From a bacterium (GTDB lineage Bacteria > DUMJ01), in assembly GCA_049970495.1 (NCBI GenBank), contig JBMFMV010000017.1:1-29487 (forward strand): a stretch of 29,487 nt of DNA, given 5' to 3'. The first letter of the stretch is position 1. Every line of letters starts with the position of its first letter. Positions 16,896-25,807 of the stretch are shown here, in pieces. The notes below the pieces were generated by a model that was not told the DNA's origin, did not search any database, and saw only the letters and a list, made by a program, of their open reading frames with translations. The position numbers and the translations under genes are program-made.

Positions 16896-17684
16896 CTAAG
16901 AACTTTCAAGTTCTTTAGCCTTCTCACAACTAATTCTAATCATATCGTATATTGTTCCTTTAACCCCTGCGCTTTCTAAAGCCCAAATCCCCCTAGAGGT
17001 GGTTCCTCCAGGAGATGTTACACTAAGTCTAAAAGAGTTCGGAGAGATACCTTTCTCCCTTAGATATTCAGAGGTTCCTTCAAATATACTTAGTGTAAGC
17101 TTTAAAGCAGTATCATATGGTAAGCCTCCATATATACTAGCCTCTGTAAATGCCTCTATAAGGTATGCTACAAATCCTGGACCACTTCCATTTAATGCGG
17201 TCATAATATTCATTAAGTGCTCTTTAACTTCTACTACTTCTCCAAAATCACTAAACCAAGAGATAAATAAATCTTTCTTTGGCTTGTCTACCTTATCATT
17301 ACAGACAAATGGGATAAAACTCTTATTTATACTACATAAAAGGTTAGGCATAATCCTTATTATAGGATTGTTTGGTAAAGACTCCTCTATCTTTTTTATT
17401 GGTATACCTGCTATAATAGAGACGACTACCGTATCTAAAGATGGTCTTATATTTAAACTAGGAAAATCTTGCGGTTTTACTGCAATAATAATAGATTCGG
17501 CATTGGTAACATCTTGAATACTATTAGCTATATCAATGCCAAATTTCTCTTTTACAAAACTACACCTGCTTTCTTTTATATCAAACCCTATAATCTCTTT
17601 AGAATCTCTCCCCTTATTCTTCCATCCCTCAAGCAGAGCAGAAGCCATATTACCAAGTCCTATAAGTCCTATCTTATATCTCAT
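16896..17684 (-). CDS. proC: Pyrroline-5-carboxylate reductase
   Basis: 'IGLGNMA', 'IIAVKPQ', 'RIMPN', 'GSGPGFV', 'VTSPGGTT'. ATGA overlap with proA. Confidence 0.95.
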   Translation of the reverse strand: MRYKIGLIGLGNMASALLEGWKNKGRDSKEIIGFDIKESRCSFVKEKFGIDIANSIQDVTNAESIIIAVKPQDFPSLNIRPSLDTVVVSIIAGIPIKKIEESLPNNPIIRIMPNLLCSINKSFIPFVCNDKVDKPKKDLFISWFSDFGEVVEVKEHLMNIMTALNGSGPGFVAYLIEAFTEASIYGGLPYDTALKLTLSIFEGTSEYLREKGISPNSFRLSVTSPGGTTSRGIWALESAGVKGTIYDMIRISCEKAKELESS

Positions 17685-18919
17685 TCTCTTACCTGTCCTT
17701 CTCCATAAATTATATACTTAGTAGTTGTAATCTCCTCTAATCCCATAGGACCTCTTGCATGAAGTTTCTGCGTGCTTATACCAATCTCTGCCCCTAAACC
17801 GAACTCGAAACCATCTGTAAATCTAGTGGATGCATTCACATATACACAAGCAGAGTCAACTTCATTCAAAAACTTCCTAGCATTAAAATAATCTCTGGTA
17901 ATAATACTATCAGAATGCTTACTTCCATATTTATTTATATGAGCTATAGCTGAATCGACATTTTCCACAACCTTTACCGCTATAATAAGGTCAAGGTATT
18001 CTGTATACCAATCTTCTTCTGTAGCAGGAATAACCCAAGGCACAATTTCTCTGGTCTTCTCACAGCCCCTAATTTCTACTCCAGCACTCTTTAATCTTTC
18101 TAGCATCCTAGGGAGGAATACTTTACTTATCTTCTCATGGACCAAGAGGGTCTCTATAGCATTACATACACCTGGCCTCTGGACCTTAGCATTAAAGGTA
18201 ATCTCTTCTGCCATATCTAAGTCTGCGCTCTCATCAACATAGACATGACAATTTCCAACTCCAGTCTCAATAACAGGCACAGTAGATTCTCTTCTAACAG
18301 TCTGTATAAGATTAGCTCCTCCTCTTGGTATAAGAAGATCTACATACTCATCGCAATGCATAAGCTCTAAAGTTGCCTCTCTTCTTGTATCGTCTATAAA
18401 CGAGATTACCTCGGGTGGTAATCCTACATCTTTCACTGCAGACTGCAGTATCTCTACTATCTTACGGTTAGAGTTTATAGCCTCTGAGCCCCCTTTAAGG
18501 ATCACTGCATTACCTGCCTTAAGGCATAAGCCTGCTGCATCTGCAGTAACATTAGGCCTAGCTTCATAAATAATACCTATAAGTCCTATAGGAACCCTAA
18601 TCTTTTGTATCTCTATGCCATTAGGCCTTCTCCATGCTGATACTGTCTTTCCTACTGGGTCTTCTAACTTGGCTACTTCTCTTAGAGAAGTAGCCATAGC
18701 TGAGATCCTTTTCTCATTTAGAGTAAGTCTATCTATAAGAGCAGAAGAGAGATCTTTGGCATTTTCTAGGTCTATTTTATTTGCTTCTAAAATCTCCTTA
18801 CTCTTTTCTTCTAATCTATTAGCCATAAGTAGAAGGGCAGAATTCTTTACAGAAGTCTTTGCCTTAGCCAGTATATAAAAGGCCGACTTAGCTTTCTGAG
18901 CAAGTTCTTTAACTCCCAT
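17681..18919 (-). CDS. proA: Gamma-glutamyl phosphate reductase (glutamate-5-semialdehyde dehydrogenase)
   Basis: 'IIYEARPNVT', 'ILKGGSEA', 'LIPRGG', catalytic 'PGVCNAIE', 'NASTRFTDGFEFGLGAEIGISTQKLHARGPMGL'. Confidence 0.97.
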   Translation of the reverse strand: MGVKELAQKAKSAFYILAKAKTSVKNSALLLMANRLEEKSKEILEANKIDLENAKDLSSALIDRLTLNEKRISAMATSLREVAKLEDPVGKTVSAWRRPNGIEIQKIRVPIGLIGIIYEARPNVTADAAGLCLKAGNAVILKGGSEAINSNRKIVEILQSAVKDVGLPPEVISFIDDTRREATLELMHCDEYVDLLIPRGGANLIQTVRRESTVPVIETGVGNCHVYVDESADLDMAEEITFNAKVQRPGVCNAIETLLVHEKISKVFLPRMLERLKSAGVEIRGCEKTREIVPWVIPATEEDWYTEYLDLIIAVKVVENVDSAIAHINKYGSKHSDSIITRDYFNARKFLNEVDSACVYVNASTRFTDGFEFGLGAEIGISTQKLHARGPMGLEEITTTKYIIYGEGQVRE

Positions 18920-18958
18920 CCAATTATCTCCCCTTTCTTTTATAAAATTACAAGAGTA

Positions 18959-18967
18959 ATTATAGCA
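18959..18967 (-). promoter_or_regulatory. Candidate extended -10 promoter (TGCTATAAT) for the proA-proC-Gfo-Gfo-nagA unit
   Basis: + strand attatagca reads TGnTATAAT on the minus strand, 40 nt upstream of the proA ATG; AAGGGGAG RBS. Confidence 0.6.
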
Positions 18968-19024
18968 TTAATCTTAGCGATTTTTCTTAGAGATAAAAAG
19001 AGAATAAGAACATTCTATCTTCTT

Positions 19025-21313
19025 TTATTTTCCTATAAAATCCGGTGGAAGACTTTCAACCCTAGTTCCCAATTCTTTATTAGGCTTATTACCCATCTTG
19101 AAAGTGAGCGTTCCTCCACTTATAATCTCACTATGCCAGAGCCACAATCTATCTAAAGGTTTTCCATTTAGATAAATCTCCTGTATGTATATATTTTCTT
19201 TAGATGAATTCTCTACCTCTATAATAAAGTCTCTTTTGTTTGGAAGGTGTATAACTGCCTTCTTCCATATAGGAGAACCTATTATATACACCGGAGTTCC
19301 GGGGCAGAATGGGTAAAATCCTAAAGAGCTAAATATATACCAGGCGGACATCTGTCCACAGTCTTCATTACCACATAGTCCTTCCGGATCCGTCCCATAC
19401 AGAGTATCTAGTATCTTTCGTACTAATTCCTGCGTCTTCCAAGGCATTCTAGCATAGACATAAAAATAAGCTATATGGTGTGACGGTTCATTGCCGTGTG
19501 CGTACTGCCCAATAAGACCAGTAATATCAGGTGGTCCTTTTATAGTAACCTTCGTATTAAAAAACTCATCTAATCTTTTGACAAAGATATCTTCTCCGCC
19601 TAAAAGTTTAATCAATCCATAAGGGTCTTGAGGAGCAAAGAACGTCCACTGCCATGCATTACCTTCAGTATAGTATGAAGATGTAGCATCTGTAGGATCA
19701 AAGTTCTTATCTAACCAGTTTTTATTACTATCTTTAGCCCTCATAAAACCTACCTCAGGATCATAGAGGTTTCTATAATTTTGAGCCCTCTTAATAAAGA
19801 TTCTATAGTCATCCTCTTTACCAAGAGTCCTTGCCACTTGGGCTAGACAAAAGTCATTATAGGCATATTCCAAAGTCCTAGATACAGACTGATCAAATTT
19901 GTCTCCAGGAACATAACCTAAATCCTTATATTCTGTTATACCTCTTCTACCCTGATTAAAGTCTCTAGACTCTACCATTGCATTCTTATACATAGCACTA
20001 TAAGCTTTATTCAAATCAAAGTTTCTTAAGCCCTTGACAATAGCATCTGCTATCACCGAATCGCTATGGGTACCAATCATACAATTTGTCTCCCTATTAC
20101 CCTTATGCCATCTTGGTAACCAACCAGATTGGGTAAATATATCTAAGAAGCTCTTTATTATATCAGTATTTCTCTCTGGTTGTACTAAAACAAAGAGCGG
20201 ATGTAAACACCTAAATGTATCCCATAGGGAAAATACAGTATAATGTCTATAATTAGAAAGATAGACTTTATCATTTGTCCCAATGTATCTACCATCTATA
20301 TCTGAAAAGAGGCTAGGATGGATAAAGGAGTGGTAAAGTGCAGTATAAAACTTTATTTTATCCTTTTCTTCCCCTTCAACTTCTACCTTACTCAGTTCTC
20401 TTTTCCAAATTTTCTTTGCCTCTTCTTTAACTCTCTCAAAATTCCAATCAGGAATCTCTTGTAAGTTCTTTCTAGCCCCCTCTACACCAGTAAATGATAC
20501 CCCTACCTTTACCATTATCTTTTCCTTCTCTCCAGTTGAATATCTTACAAAGGCTCCAATAAATGGATCTGACCTACTTAACATCTTCTCTTCCCTATTA
20601 CCTTTATCTATTCTAAATACCTTCCACGTACCAAATTCTTTGAAAGGCTTAGAAAACTTGGCAGAGAAGTATACTGTTTGAGGGTCTCTAGCACCACAGA
20701 AATGTCCACCCTTAATATAGCCTACTATTTCATCGTTCCCAACAATTTTTACCCATGCTTCTTCAGCCATATCTCCTATCCTTGTAAATAGATCAATAAT
20801 GATATAAGCTTTATCTGTCTTTGGGAATGTGTATCTATGGAATCCAACTCTATAAGAAGCTGTTAACTCCGCTAGAACCTTATAGTCTTCTAAAAAGACA
20901 GAGTAATAACCAGGTTGAGCTATTTCTGATTTATGACTGAATTTTGATCTATAACCTACTAAGGGATTTTCTTTGGGACCAGGAATTATCTTTAAATCTC
21001 CAACTATAGGCATTATTCTTACTTCACCATAATCAGCTGCCCCTGTCCCACTTAGATGTGTGTGGCTAAATCCCATTATAGAATTATCAGAATAGTGATA
21101 GCCTGAACACCAATCCCATCCTTCTACTCCAGTATCGGGGCTAAGTTGAACCATACCGAAAGGTAATGTCACACCTGGAAATGTATGACCATGTCCTCCT
21201 GTCCCTATAAAGGGGTCAACATAACTTGTATAAAGTGGTGAAGAAAATACCTTAGATGAGACTAAGAGAAAGAGTAATACAATTATACTTTTAGACTTAA
21301 AAACCCGATTCAT
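19025..21313 (-). CDS. GH92 family glycoside hydrolase (alpha-mannosidase), secreted
   Basis: Signal peptide. 'YVDPFIGTGGHGHTFPG', 'PFGMVQLSPDT', 'GFSHTHLSGTG', 'FSLWDTFR', 'CMIGTHS', 'VSRTLEYAYND', 'YTEGNAWQ', 'QYAHGNEPSHH', 'GNEDCGQMSAWY'. AGGAGG RBS. Confidence 0.96.
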   Translation of the reverse strand: MNRVFKSKSIIVLLFLLVSSKVFSSPLYTSYVDPFIGTGGHGHTFPGVTLPFGMVQLSPDTGVEGWDWCSGYHYSDNSIMGFSHTHLSGTGAADYGEVRIMPIVGDLKIIPGPKENPLVGYRSKFSHKSEIAQPGYYSVFLEDYKVLAELTASYRVGFHRYTFPKTDKAYIIIDLFTRIGDMAEEAWVKIVGNDEIVGYIKGGHFCGARDPQTVYFSAKFSKPFKEFGTWKVFRIDKGNREEKMLSRSDPFIGAFVRYSTGEKEKIMVKVGVSFTGVEGARKNLQEIPDWNFERVKEEAKKIWKRELSKVEVEGEEKDKIKFYTALYHSFIHPSLFSDIDGRYIGTNDKVYLSNYRHYTVFSLWDTFRCLHPLFVLVQPERNTDIIKSFLDIFTQSGWLPRWHKGNRETNCMIGTHSDSVIADAIVKGLRNFDLNKAYSAMYKNAMVESRDFNQGRRGITEYKDLGYVPGDKFDQSVSRTLEYAYNDFCLAQVARTLGKEDDYRIFIKRAQNYRNLYDPEVGFMRAKDSNKNWLDKNFDPTDATSSYYTEGNAWQWTFFAPQDPYGLIKLLGGEDIFVKRLDEFFNTKVTIKGPPDITGLIGQYAHGNEPSHHIAYFYVYARMPWKTQELVRKILDTLYGTDPEGLCGNEDCGQMSAWYIFSSLGFYPFCPGTPVYIIGSPIWKKAVIHLPNKRDFIIEVENSSKENIYIQEIYLNGKPLDRLWLWHSEIISGGTLTFKMGNKPNKELGTRVESLPPDFIGK

Positions 21314-21361
21314 TTTTCCTCCTACTAATTAAATAAGATTCAGGGGTCACATTTAAGAAAC

Positions 21362-21403
21362 AAAAAAATTTCCCCTCCTTTAAAAACGGTTGGAGGGGAG
21401 AAT
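21362..21403 (-). terminator. Intrinsic terminator-like hairpin after the sugar ABC permeases
   Basis: Stem TCCCCTCC (21371-21378) / GGAGGGGA (21392-21399) with a 13-nt loop. The A7 at 21362-21368 gives a U7 tail on the minus strand. Confidence 0.7.
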
Positions 21404-21455
21404 AGAAGAAAAACTAAAGTAAGAATTAAAACTTCTCTCATAAATAAAAAGTAGC

Positions 21456-22289
21456 TTATCCCTTAAGTCCTGTAAGTGTTATACTTTCTACTATAGTATT
21501 CTGAGTAAAGTAAAAGGCGATAATTGTTGGAATAACAACAATAGTCGATGCTGCCATTAGTAAGGGCCATTCTACATAATTAGTAGACCTATACATCTGT
21601 AACCCAAGGGCGAGTGTATACTTTGCCTCATCCTGTAGATAGATTAATGGTCCCATAAAATCATTCCAAGACCCCAAGAAAGTAAATAGCGAAATAACAA
21701 TCAATATAGGCTTTATAAGAGGTAACATTATTCTTGAATAAATGCCAAATTCACTTGCTCCGTCTATCCTAGCAGCATCAGAAAGTTCTTCTGGAATAGT
21801 CATAAAGAATTGTCTCAAGAGAAATATGTTGAATGCTCCTCCGCCAAAGAACGCAGGGATTATAAGTGGTCTGAAAGTATTTATCCAGCCTAGTCTAGAA
21901 AATACAATGAATACAGGAATCATTATCACTGGGAATGGAATAAGGACAGTACTAAGAATAAACATAAAAAGAATATTTCTTCCTTTCCACTTTATTCTCG
22001 AGATACTGTAAGCGACTAAAGGGGCAGAGAACAATACACCTGCTATATTACCTACAGTTATTATTATGGTATTAAGAGTATAACGACCAAAAGGTATATA
22101 ATTTACTGCCTTTATATAGTTATGCCACTTAGGAGGATTAGGCCACCATACAGGAGGATAAGTCATCACTTCCGATAGATCCTTTATAGATGTAGTGAAC
22201 ATCCAAAATATCGGGACTAAAAATACAATACTTATTAAAATAAGCACTAATCTACCTAATATTTTCAACGTAAAATGTCTTAGGGTCAT
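21456..22289 (-). CDS. Carbohydrate ABC transporter permease (MalG-like)
   Basis: EAA loop 'FLLRQFFMTIPEELSDAARIDGAS', 'SWNDFMGPLIYL'; about 6 TM segments. Confidence 0.95.
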   Translation of the reverse strand: MTLRHFTLKILGRLVLILISIVFLVPIFWMFTTSIKDLSEVMTYPPVWWPNPPKWHNYIKAVNYIPFGRYTLNTIIITVGNIAGVLFSAPLVAYSISRIKWKGRNILFMFILSTVLIPFPVIMIPVFIVFSRLGWINTFRPLIIPAFFGGGAFNIFLLRQFFMTIPEELSDAARIDGASEFGIYSRIMLPLIKPILIVISLFTFLGSWNDFMGPLIYLQDEAKYTLALGLQMYRSTNYVEWPLLMAASTIVVIPTIIAFYFTQNTIVESITLTGLKG

Positions 22290-22294
22290 TTATA

Positions 22295-23188
22295 TTATTC
22301 GCCTCCTCCCCGATAAAAAACCCATCTAGCAGAAGTCTTAAAGATTATTAAAGTGAGAATTAGAACTATAATAAACAAAATCCACGCCATAGCAGAAGCA
22401 TAACCCATCTTACTGTACTGGAATGCATTTCTATAGAGGTAAAGGACATAGAAGAGCGTAGAATTAGCAGGACCTCCATTAGTTGCAATATACGCGGTAG
22501 TAAATATCTGAAAACCTCCAAAGAGAGCGGTTATCAAATGATAAAGAATAACAGGGCTTATCATAGGGATAATAATCTTACTAAACTTTGTCCACCACCC
22601 TGCACCATCTATCTCTGCAGACTCTAATAATTCTCTCGGAACATCCTTAATAGCTGCCAAAAATATTACTGCAGACCCCCCTGCTCCCCACTGGGCTAAC
22701 ATAACAAAGGCTGGCTTAGCCCACTTAGGATCAGAAAACCAACCTGGACCTTGAATGTGAAAGACCGTATTTAAAAATAAATTCAACAAACCATAATATG
22801 GATTTAACATCCAAAGCCATATAAAACCAACAACAACTGCTGGTAGAACATATGGTATATAGACTAATGTTCTATAAATTCCAACCTCTTTTAAATCCAT
22901 ATTTAATAATAATGCCAATCCTAAACCTACAACAAATCCTATAGGAACCGCTAAACCCACATAATAAACAGTATTATAAAGAGAAGTCCAAAAAAGTTCA
23001 TCATGGAAAAGGTTATAATAGTTTCCACTGCCTATCCATTTTGGTGTCCCTATCCCTACAAATTCTGTAAGACTATAATACAGAGAGGCCAAAATAGGAT
23101 AGGCAGTGAAGGCTAGAAATCCAATAATCCAAGGCAAAGCAAATAATATTCCGTAAAGGGTATTTCTTCTAGCAGAACTAGCCCTCAC
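22295..23188 (-). CDS. Carbohydrate ABC transporter permease (MalF-like)
   Basis: 'VPRELLESAEIDGAGWW', 'GGPANST', 'LYLYRNAF...MGYASAMAW'. GTG start with AAGGAG upstream. Confidence 0.95.
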   Translation of the reverse strand: MRASSARRNTLYGILFALPWIIGFLAFTAYPILASLYYSLTEFVGIGTPKWIGSGNYYNLFHDELFWTSLYNTVYYVGLAVPIGFVVGLGLALLLNMDLKEVGIYRTLVYIPYVLPAVVVGFIWLWMLNPYYGLLNLFLNTVFHIQGPGWFSDPKWAKPAFVMLAQWGAGGSAVIFLAAIKDVPRELLESAEIDGAGWWTKFSKIIIPMISPVILYHLITALFGGFQIFTTAYIATNGGPANSTLFYVLYLYRNAFQYSKMGYASAMAWILFIIVLILTLIIFKTSARWVFYRGGGE

Positions 23189-23204
23189 TGCCCATTCAAC
23201 TCCT

Positions 23205-24491
23205 TTACTTGAAGAATTTATCTAATTCAGGCTGAACTCTTGCCTCGACATCTTGGCAAGCCTTTAATGGGGTCTTTTGACCGTTGATAACCGCATCTCT
23301 TGCTGCAGTAAGCTCATCCCAGAGTAAAGCACCTACAGGTAGAGGAGGACGGTTCTTTGCATATTTCAATAAATCTATAAAGAAGGCATGTCTTCTCTCT
23401 CCTCTTATTTCCTTATCATTTAGTAGGGCTTTAAGTGTAGGTAAATGAAGAGTCTCTACAGAATAAATCTTCTGTCCCACGGGTCCACATGCAAATTTGA
23501 TAAATTCAAACGCTTCTTTAAGATTCTTTGCTCCCTTAGGAATCCCTAAACTCCATCCACCAGCCCAAGTAATTGGCTTCTTAAGTTCCGCAGGTCTTGG
23601 TATATAAGTAACGCCATAATCTCTTAGGTACTTCATCTTAGGTGCAAACTTATCTAAGAAAGCTAATGTCCAGTCTCCATCAACCTTCATAGAGATCATA
23701 CCCATAATGAAGGGGTCCTGAGCTTCAGAACCAAAGGCGGAAGAGAATGACTGAATAGCCGCTATACCATACTTATCAGCATAACTCTTCTGCCACTCAA
23801 AGGATTTTACTATTCTAGGATCGGTAATTGTAAGCTTCTTTGTCTTTGGATCATAGAATTCTCCACCAAATGCCCAACCCCAAGTGTAGTGCCAACCTTG
23901 AGCAAGCCAAGGGATAAATCCTATTCTTAAGAATCTACCGCTTGGGTCTTTCTTAGTAAGCTTTTCTGCATAAACATCTAATTCTTCTATAGTTTTGGGA
24001 GCTCTACTAAGTCCAACCTCTTTAAGATGGTCTATTCTATAATAGAGGGCTCTATCATCAGTATCAAACGGAAGTACCCAAGCTTGTCCAGCCCAAGTAG
24101 CTTCATCCCAAGCAAATGGTAGGAAATCCTTCTCTGCATCCCATTTTGCTGCTTTAAGTAGATCATTCAATGGCTCTAGAATTCCAGATGCTCCTCTTTG
24201 TGCTGCGGTAAACCTATCTACTGTATAAATATCAGGACCTACGCCACCAGCAACAGCTGCCATAAGTTTAGATATATCTGTCACCGCACTAGCAGCAACA
24301 AGAGTAACCTTCACCTCAATGTCTGGATTTCTCTTGTTGAATTCATCTACTATATGCTGTATAGAGCTTTTATAAGGATCCCCAGTAAATACTGACCAAA
24401 AGTTCACTACAGTTTTACTAAAAGCAAAAGATACACTGCTCAAAACCAATAAAGCTGATAATAAACCAATCAAAACTCTTTTGCCTAACAT
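23205..24491 (-). CDS. Carbohydrate ABC transporter substrate-binding protein (SBP family 1)
   Basis: Signal peptide without a lipobox Cys. 'IVDEFNKRNPDIEV', 'ALYYRID', 'APKTIEEL', 'AGGWSLGIPKG'. AGGAGGAG RBS. Confidence 0.93.
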   Translation of the reverse strand: MLGKRVLIGLLSALLVLSSVSFAFSKTVVNFWSVFTGDPYKSSIQHIVDEFNKRNPDIEVKVTLVAASAVTDISKLMAAVAGGVGPDIYTVDRFTAAQRGASGILEPLNDLLKAAKWDAEKDFLPFAWDEATWAGQAWVLPFDTDDRALYYRIDHLKEVGLSRAPKTIEELDVYAEKLTKKDPSGRFLRIGFIPWLAQGWHYTWGWAFGGEFYDPKTKKLTITDPRIVKSFEWQKSYADKYGIAAIQSFSSAFGSEAQDPFIMGMISMKVDGDWTLAFLDKFAPKMKYLRDYGVTYIPRPAELKKPITWAGGWSLGIPKGAKNLKEAFEFIKFACGPVGQKIYSVETLHLPTLKALLNDKEIRGERRHAFFIDLLKYAKNRPPLPVGALLWDELTAARDAVINGQKTPLKACQDVEARVQPELDKFFK

Positions 24492-24566
24492 TTCTCACTC
24501 CTCCTTTTTCTCAAAAATTTTAACCGTCTAAAATTATACCTCTCCTCTCCCCCTTATACTACCTTG

Positions 24567-25724
24567 TCAAACTCTAATAGACCTCATTATTCTTTCTTTC
24601 ACCACCCCCTTTCCTAATATTTTTACAGTATTCCCTTCTTTTATCTCTATAGGTATAGAGATTCTCTTATCTGCTAAATTAGGATTTTGAATTTTTTTCA
24701 AAACAAGTTTACCTGCTTCAAAGCCCATACTAAAGAAGTTTTGATGGACCGAGGTAAGGTTAATTCCAATATCTGTAAGAAGCTTCATATAATCAAAACC
24801 GACTATAGATATATCTTCTGGAACTTTATAACCAATATCCGAAAGTGCCCTCATTATCCTTACACTAGTTATATCATTTACACCAAATATTGCTGTGATA
24901 TCTTCTTTTTTGACGTATTCTAATATCTCTTCCATAAGGTTACTAAACATCTCCTTTAACTCCACCTCATCTTTTGGTGGCATTGGAGGATAGGACTCAA
25001 TAACGATCGGAGATAACTCATATTTTTCCATAGCATTTAAATAGCCTAATTTTCTATCTCTCACAGAAGTAACCTCATAATACTCTTCAGAGTAGATAAC
25101 AAACCCTATCTTGGAATGTCCCTTATTAATAAGGTATTCAGTCATTTTATAACCACCTGCATAATTATCTGAGACAACCCAGGAAGTACAAATATGTGGA
25201 AGATATCTATCTATGAGGACAAAAGGCTTCTGGGAGGAAAGCAGTATTCTAATTCCTCTATCTGCATATTCTCCTTCTAATGAATATAAAATAATTCCAC
25301 TGATATCAGAGTTAACTAGTCGATTTATTATTTCTATCTCTAACTCTACATCTCCGTCAGAACTAAAGAATAGCAGTTGGTATCCCTGAGATCTAATTGC
25401 CCTTTCTATACCAAGTAGAAGGTCAGAACCCATATATTTCATATAGGGGAGTATTAACCCAATACTCTTGGCTGAAATCTTTTCAGAAGGATTATTTACA
25501 AAACTTCCTATGCCTCTTTTCCTAGTAATAATCCTTTCTGATACTAATAGACTAAGAGCTTTCTGTATAGTCCCACGACTCACATTGTATACTCTACATA
25601 ACTCTTCCTCGGTAGGAAGCTGAGCCCCTGGCTTAAAACATCCATTTCTTATCTCTTCTCTTATCATCTCAGCTATCTTAGCATATATAGGTAGTAAATC
25701 CCAATCACCCAATCCCTTTAACAT
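24567..25724 (-). CDS. GntR-HTH + LacI-type sensor-domain transcriptional regulator (AraR-like)
   Basis: GntR wHTH 'PIYAKIA...QLPTEEELCRVYNVSRGTIQKAL...RKRGIGSFV' followed by a LacI-like effector domain ('PFVLIDR', 'SDNYAGG', 'NDITS', 'VPEDISIVGFD'). Start moved to ATG 25724 because the track's first 20 codons cover the promoter/operator. Confidence 0.9.
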   Translation of the reverse strand: MLKGLGDWDLLPIYAKIAEMIREEIRNGCFKPGAQLPTEEELCRVYNVSRGTIQKALSLLVSERIITRKRGIGSFVNNPSEKISAKSIGLILPYMKYMGSDLLLGIERAIRSQGYQLLFFSSDGDVELEIEIINRLVNSDISGIILYSLEGEYADRGIRILLSSQKPFVLIDRYLPHICTSWVVSDNYAGGYKMTEYLINKGHSKIGFVIYSEEYYEVTSVRDRKLGYLNAMEKYELSPIVIESYPPMPPKDEVELKEMFSNLMEEILEYVKKEDITAIFGVNDITSVRIMRALSDIGYKVPEDISIVGFDYMKLLTDIGINLTSVHQNFFSMGFEAGKLVLKKIQNPNLADKRISIPIEIKEGNTVKILGKGVVKERIMRSIRV

Positions 25725-25742
25725 AAATCTCTCAAAATGTTT

Positions 25743-25756
25743 ATTGTATATACAAT
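25743..25756. promoter_or_regulatory. Perfect 14-bp palindrome ATTGTATATACAAT, probable GntR/AraR-type operator
   Basis: Exact palindrome lying between the -10 element and the regulator's start codon. It fits the GntR-family GT..AC dyad and resembles the B. subtilis AraR operator (ATTTGTACGTACAAAT). Confidence 0.75.
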
Positions 25757-25760
25757 TGCT

Positions 25761-25794
25761 ATTATAACATATCACAGTTAACAAAATATGTCAA
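25761..25794 (-). promoter_or_regulatory. Promoter for the GntR-ABC operon
   Basis: Minus-strand TGTTATAAT at 25761-25769. An overlapping alternative is TTGACA (25789-25794)-N17-TATGTT (25766-25771). Confidence 0.65.
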
Positions 25795-25807
25795 CTTGTC
25801 AAAATAT

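Noticed and set aside
18920..19024. Proline T-box leader before proA
   Set aside because: The region is only 105 bp, with no AAGGTGGnACC T-box motif or terminator.
24520..24570. Internal promoter or repeat before the SBP gene (minus-strand TATAAT at 24533-24538, purine-rich GGGGGAGAGGAGAGG, TTGACA at 24565-24570)
   Set aside because: The -35/-10 spacing (26 bp) is wrong and there is no TG extension. The purine run has no partner arm or start codon. It cannot be supported without TSS data.
25725..25784. N-terminal 20 codons of the 405-aa GntR ORF in the track
   Set aside because: They span the -10 element and operator and have no RBS; ATG 25724 fits the GntR domain start.
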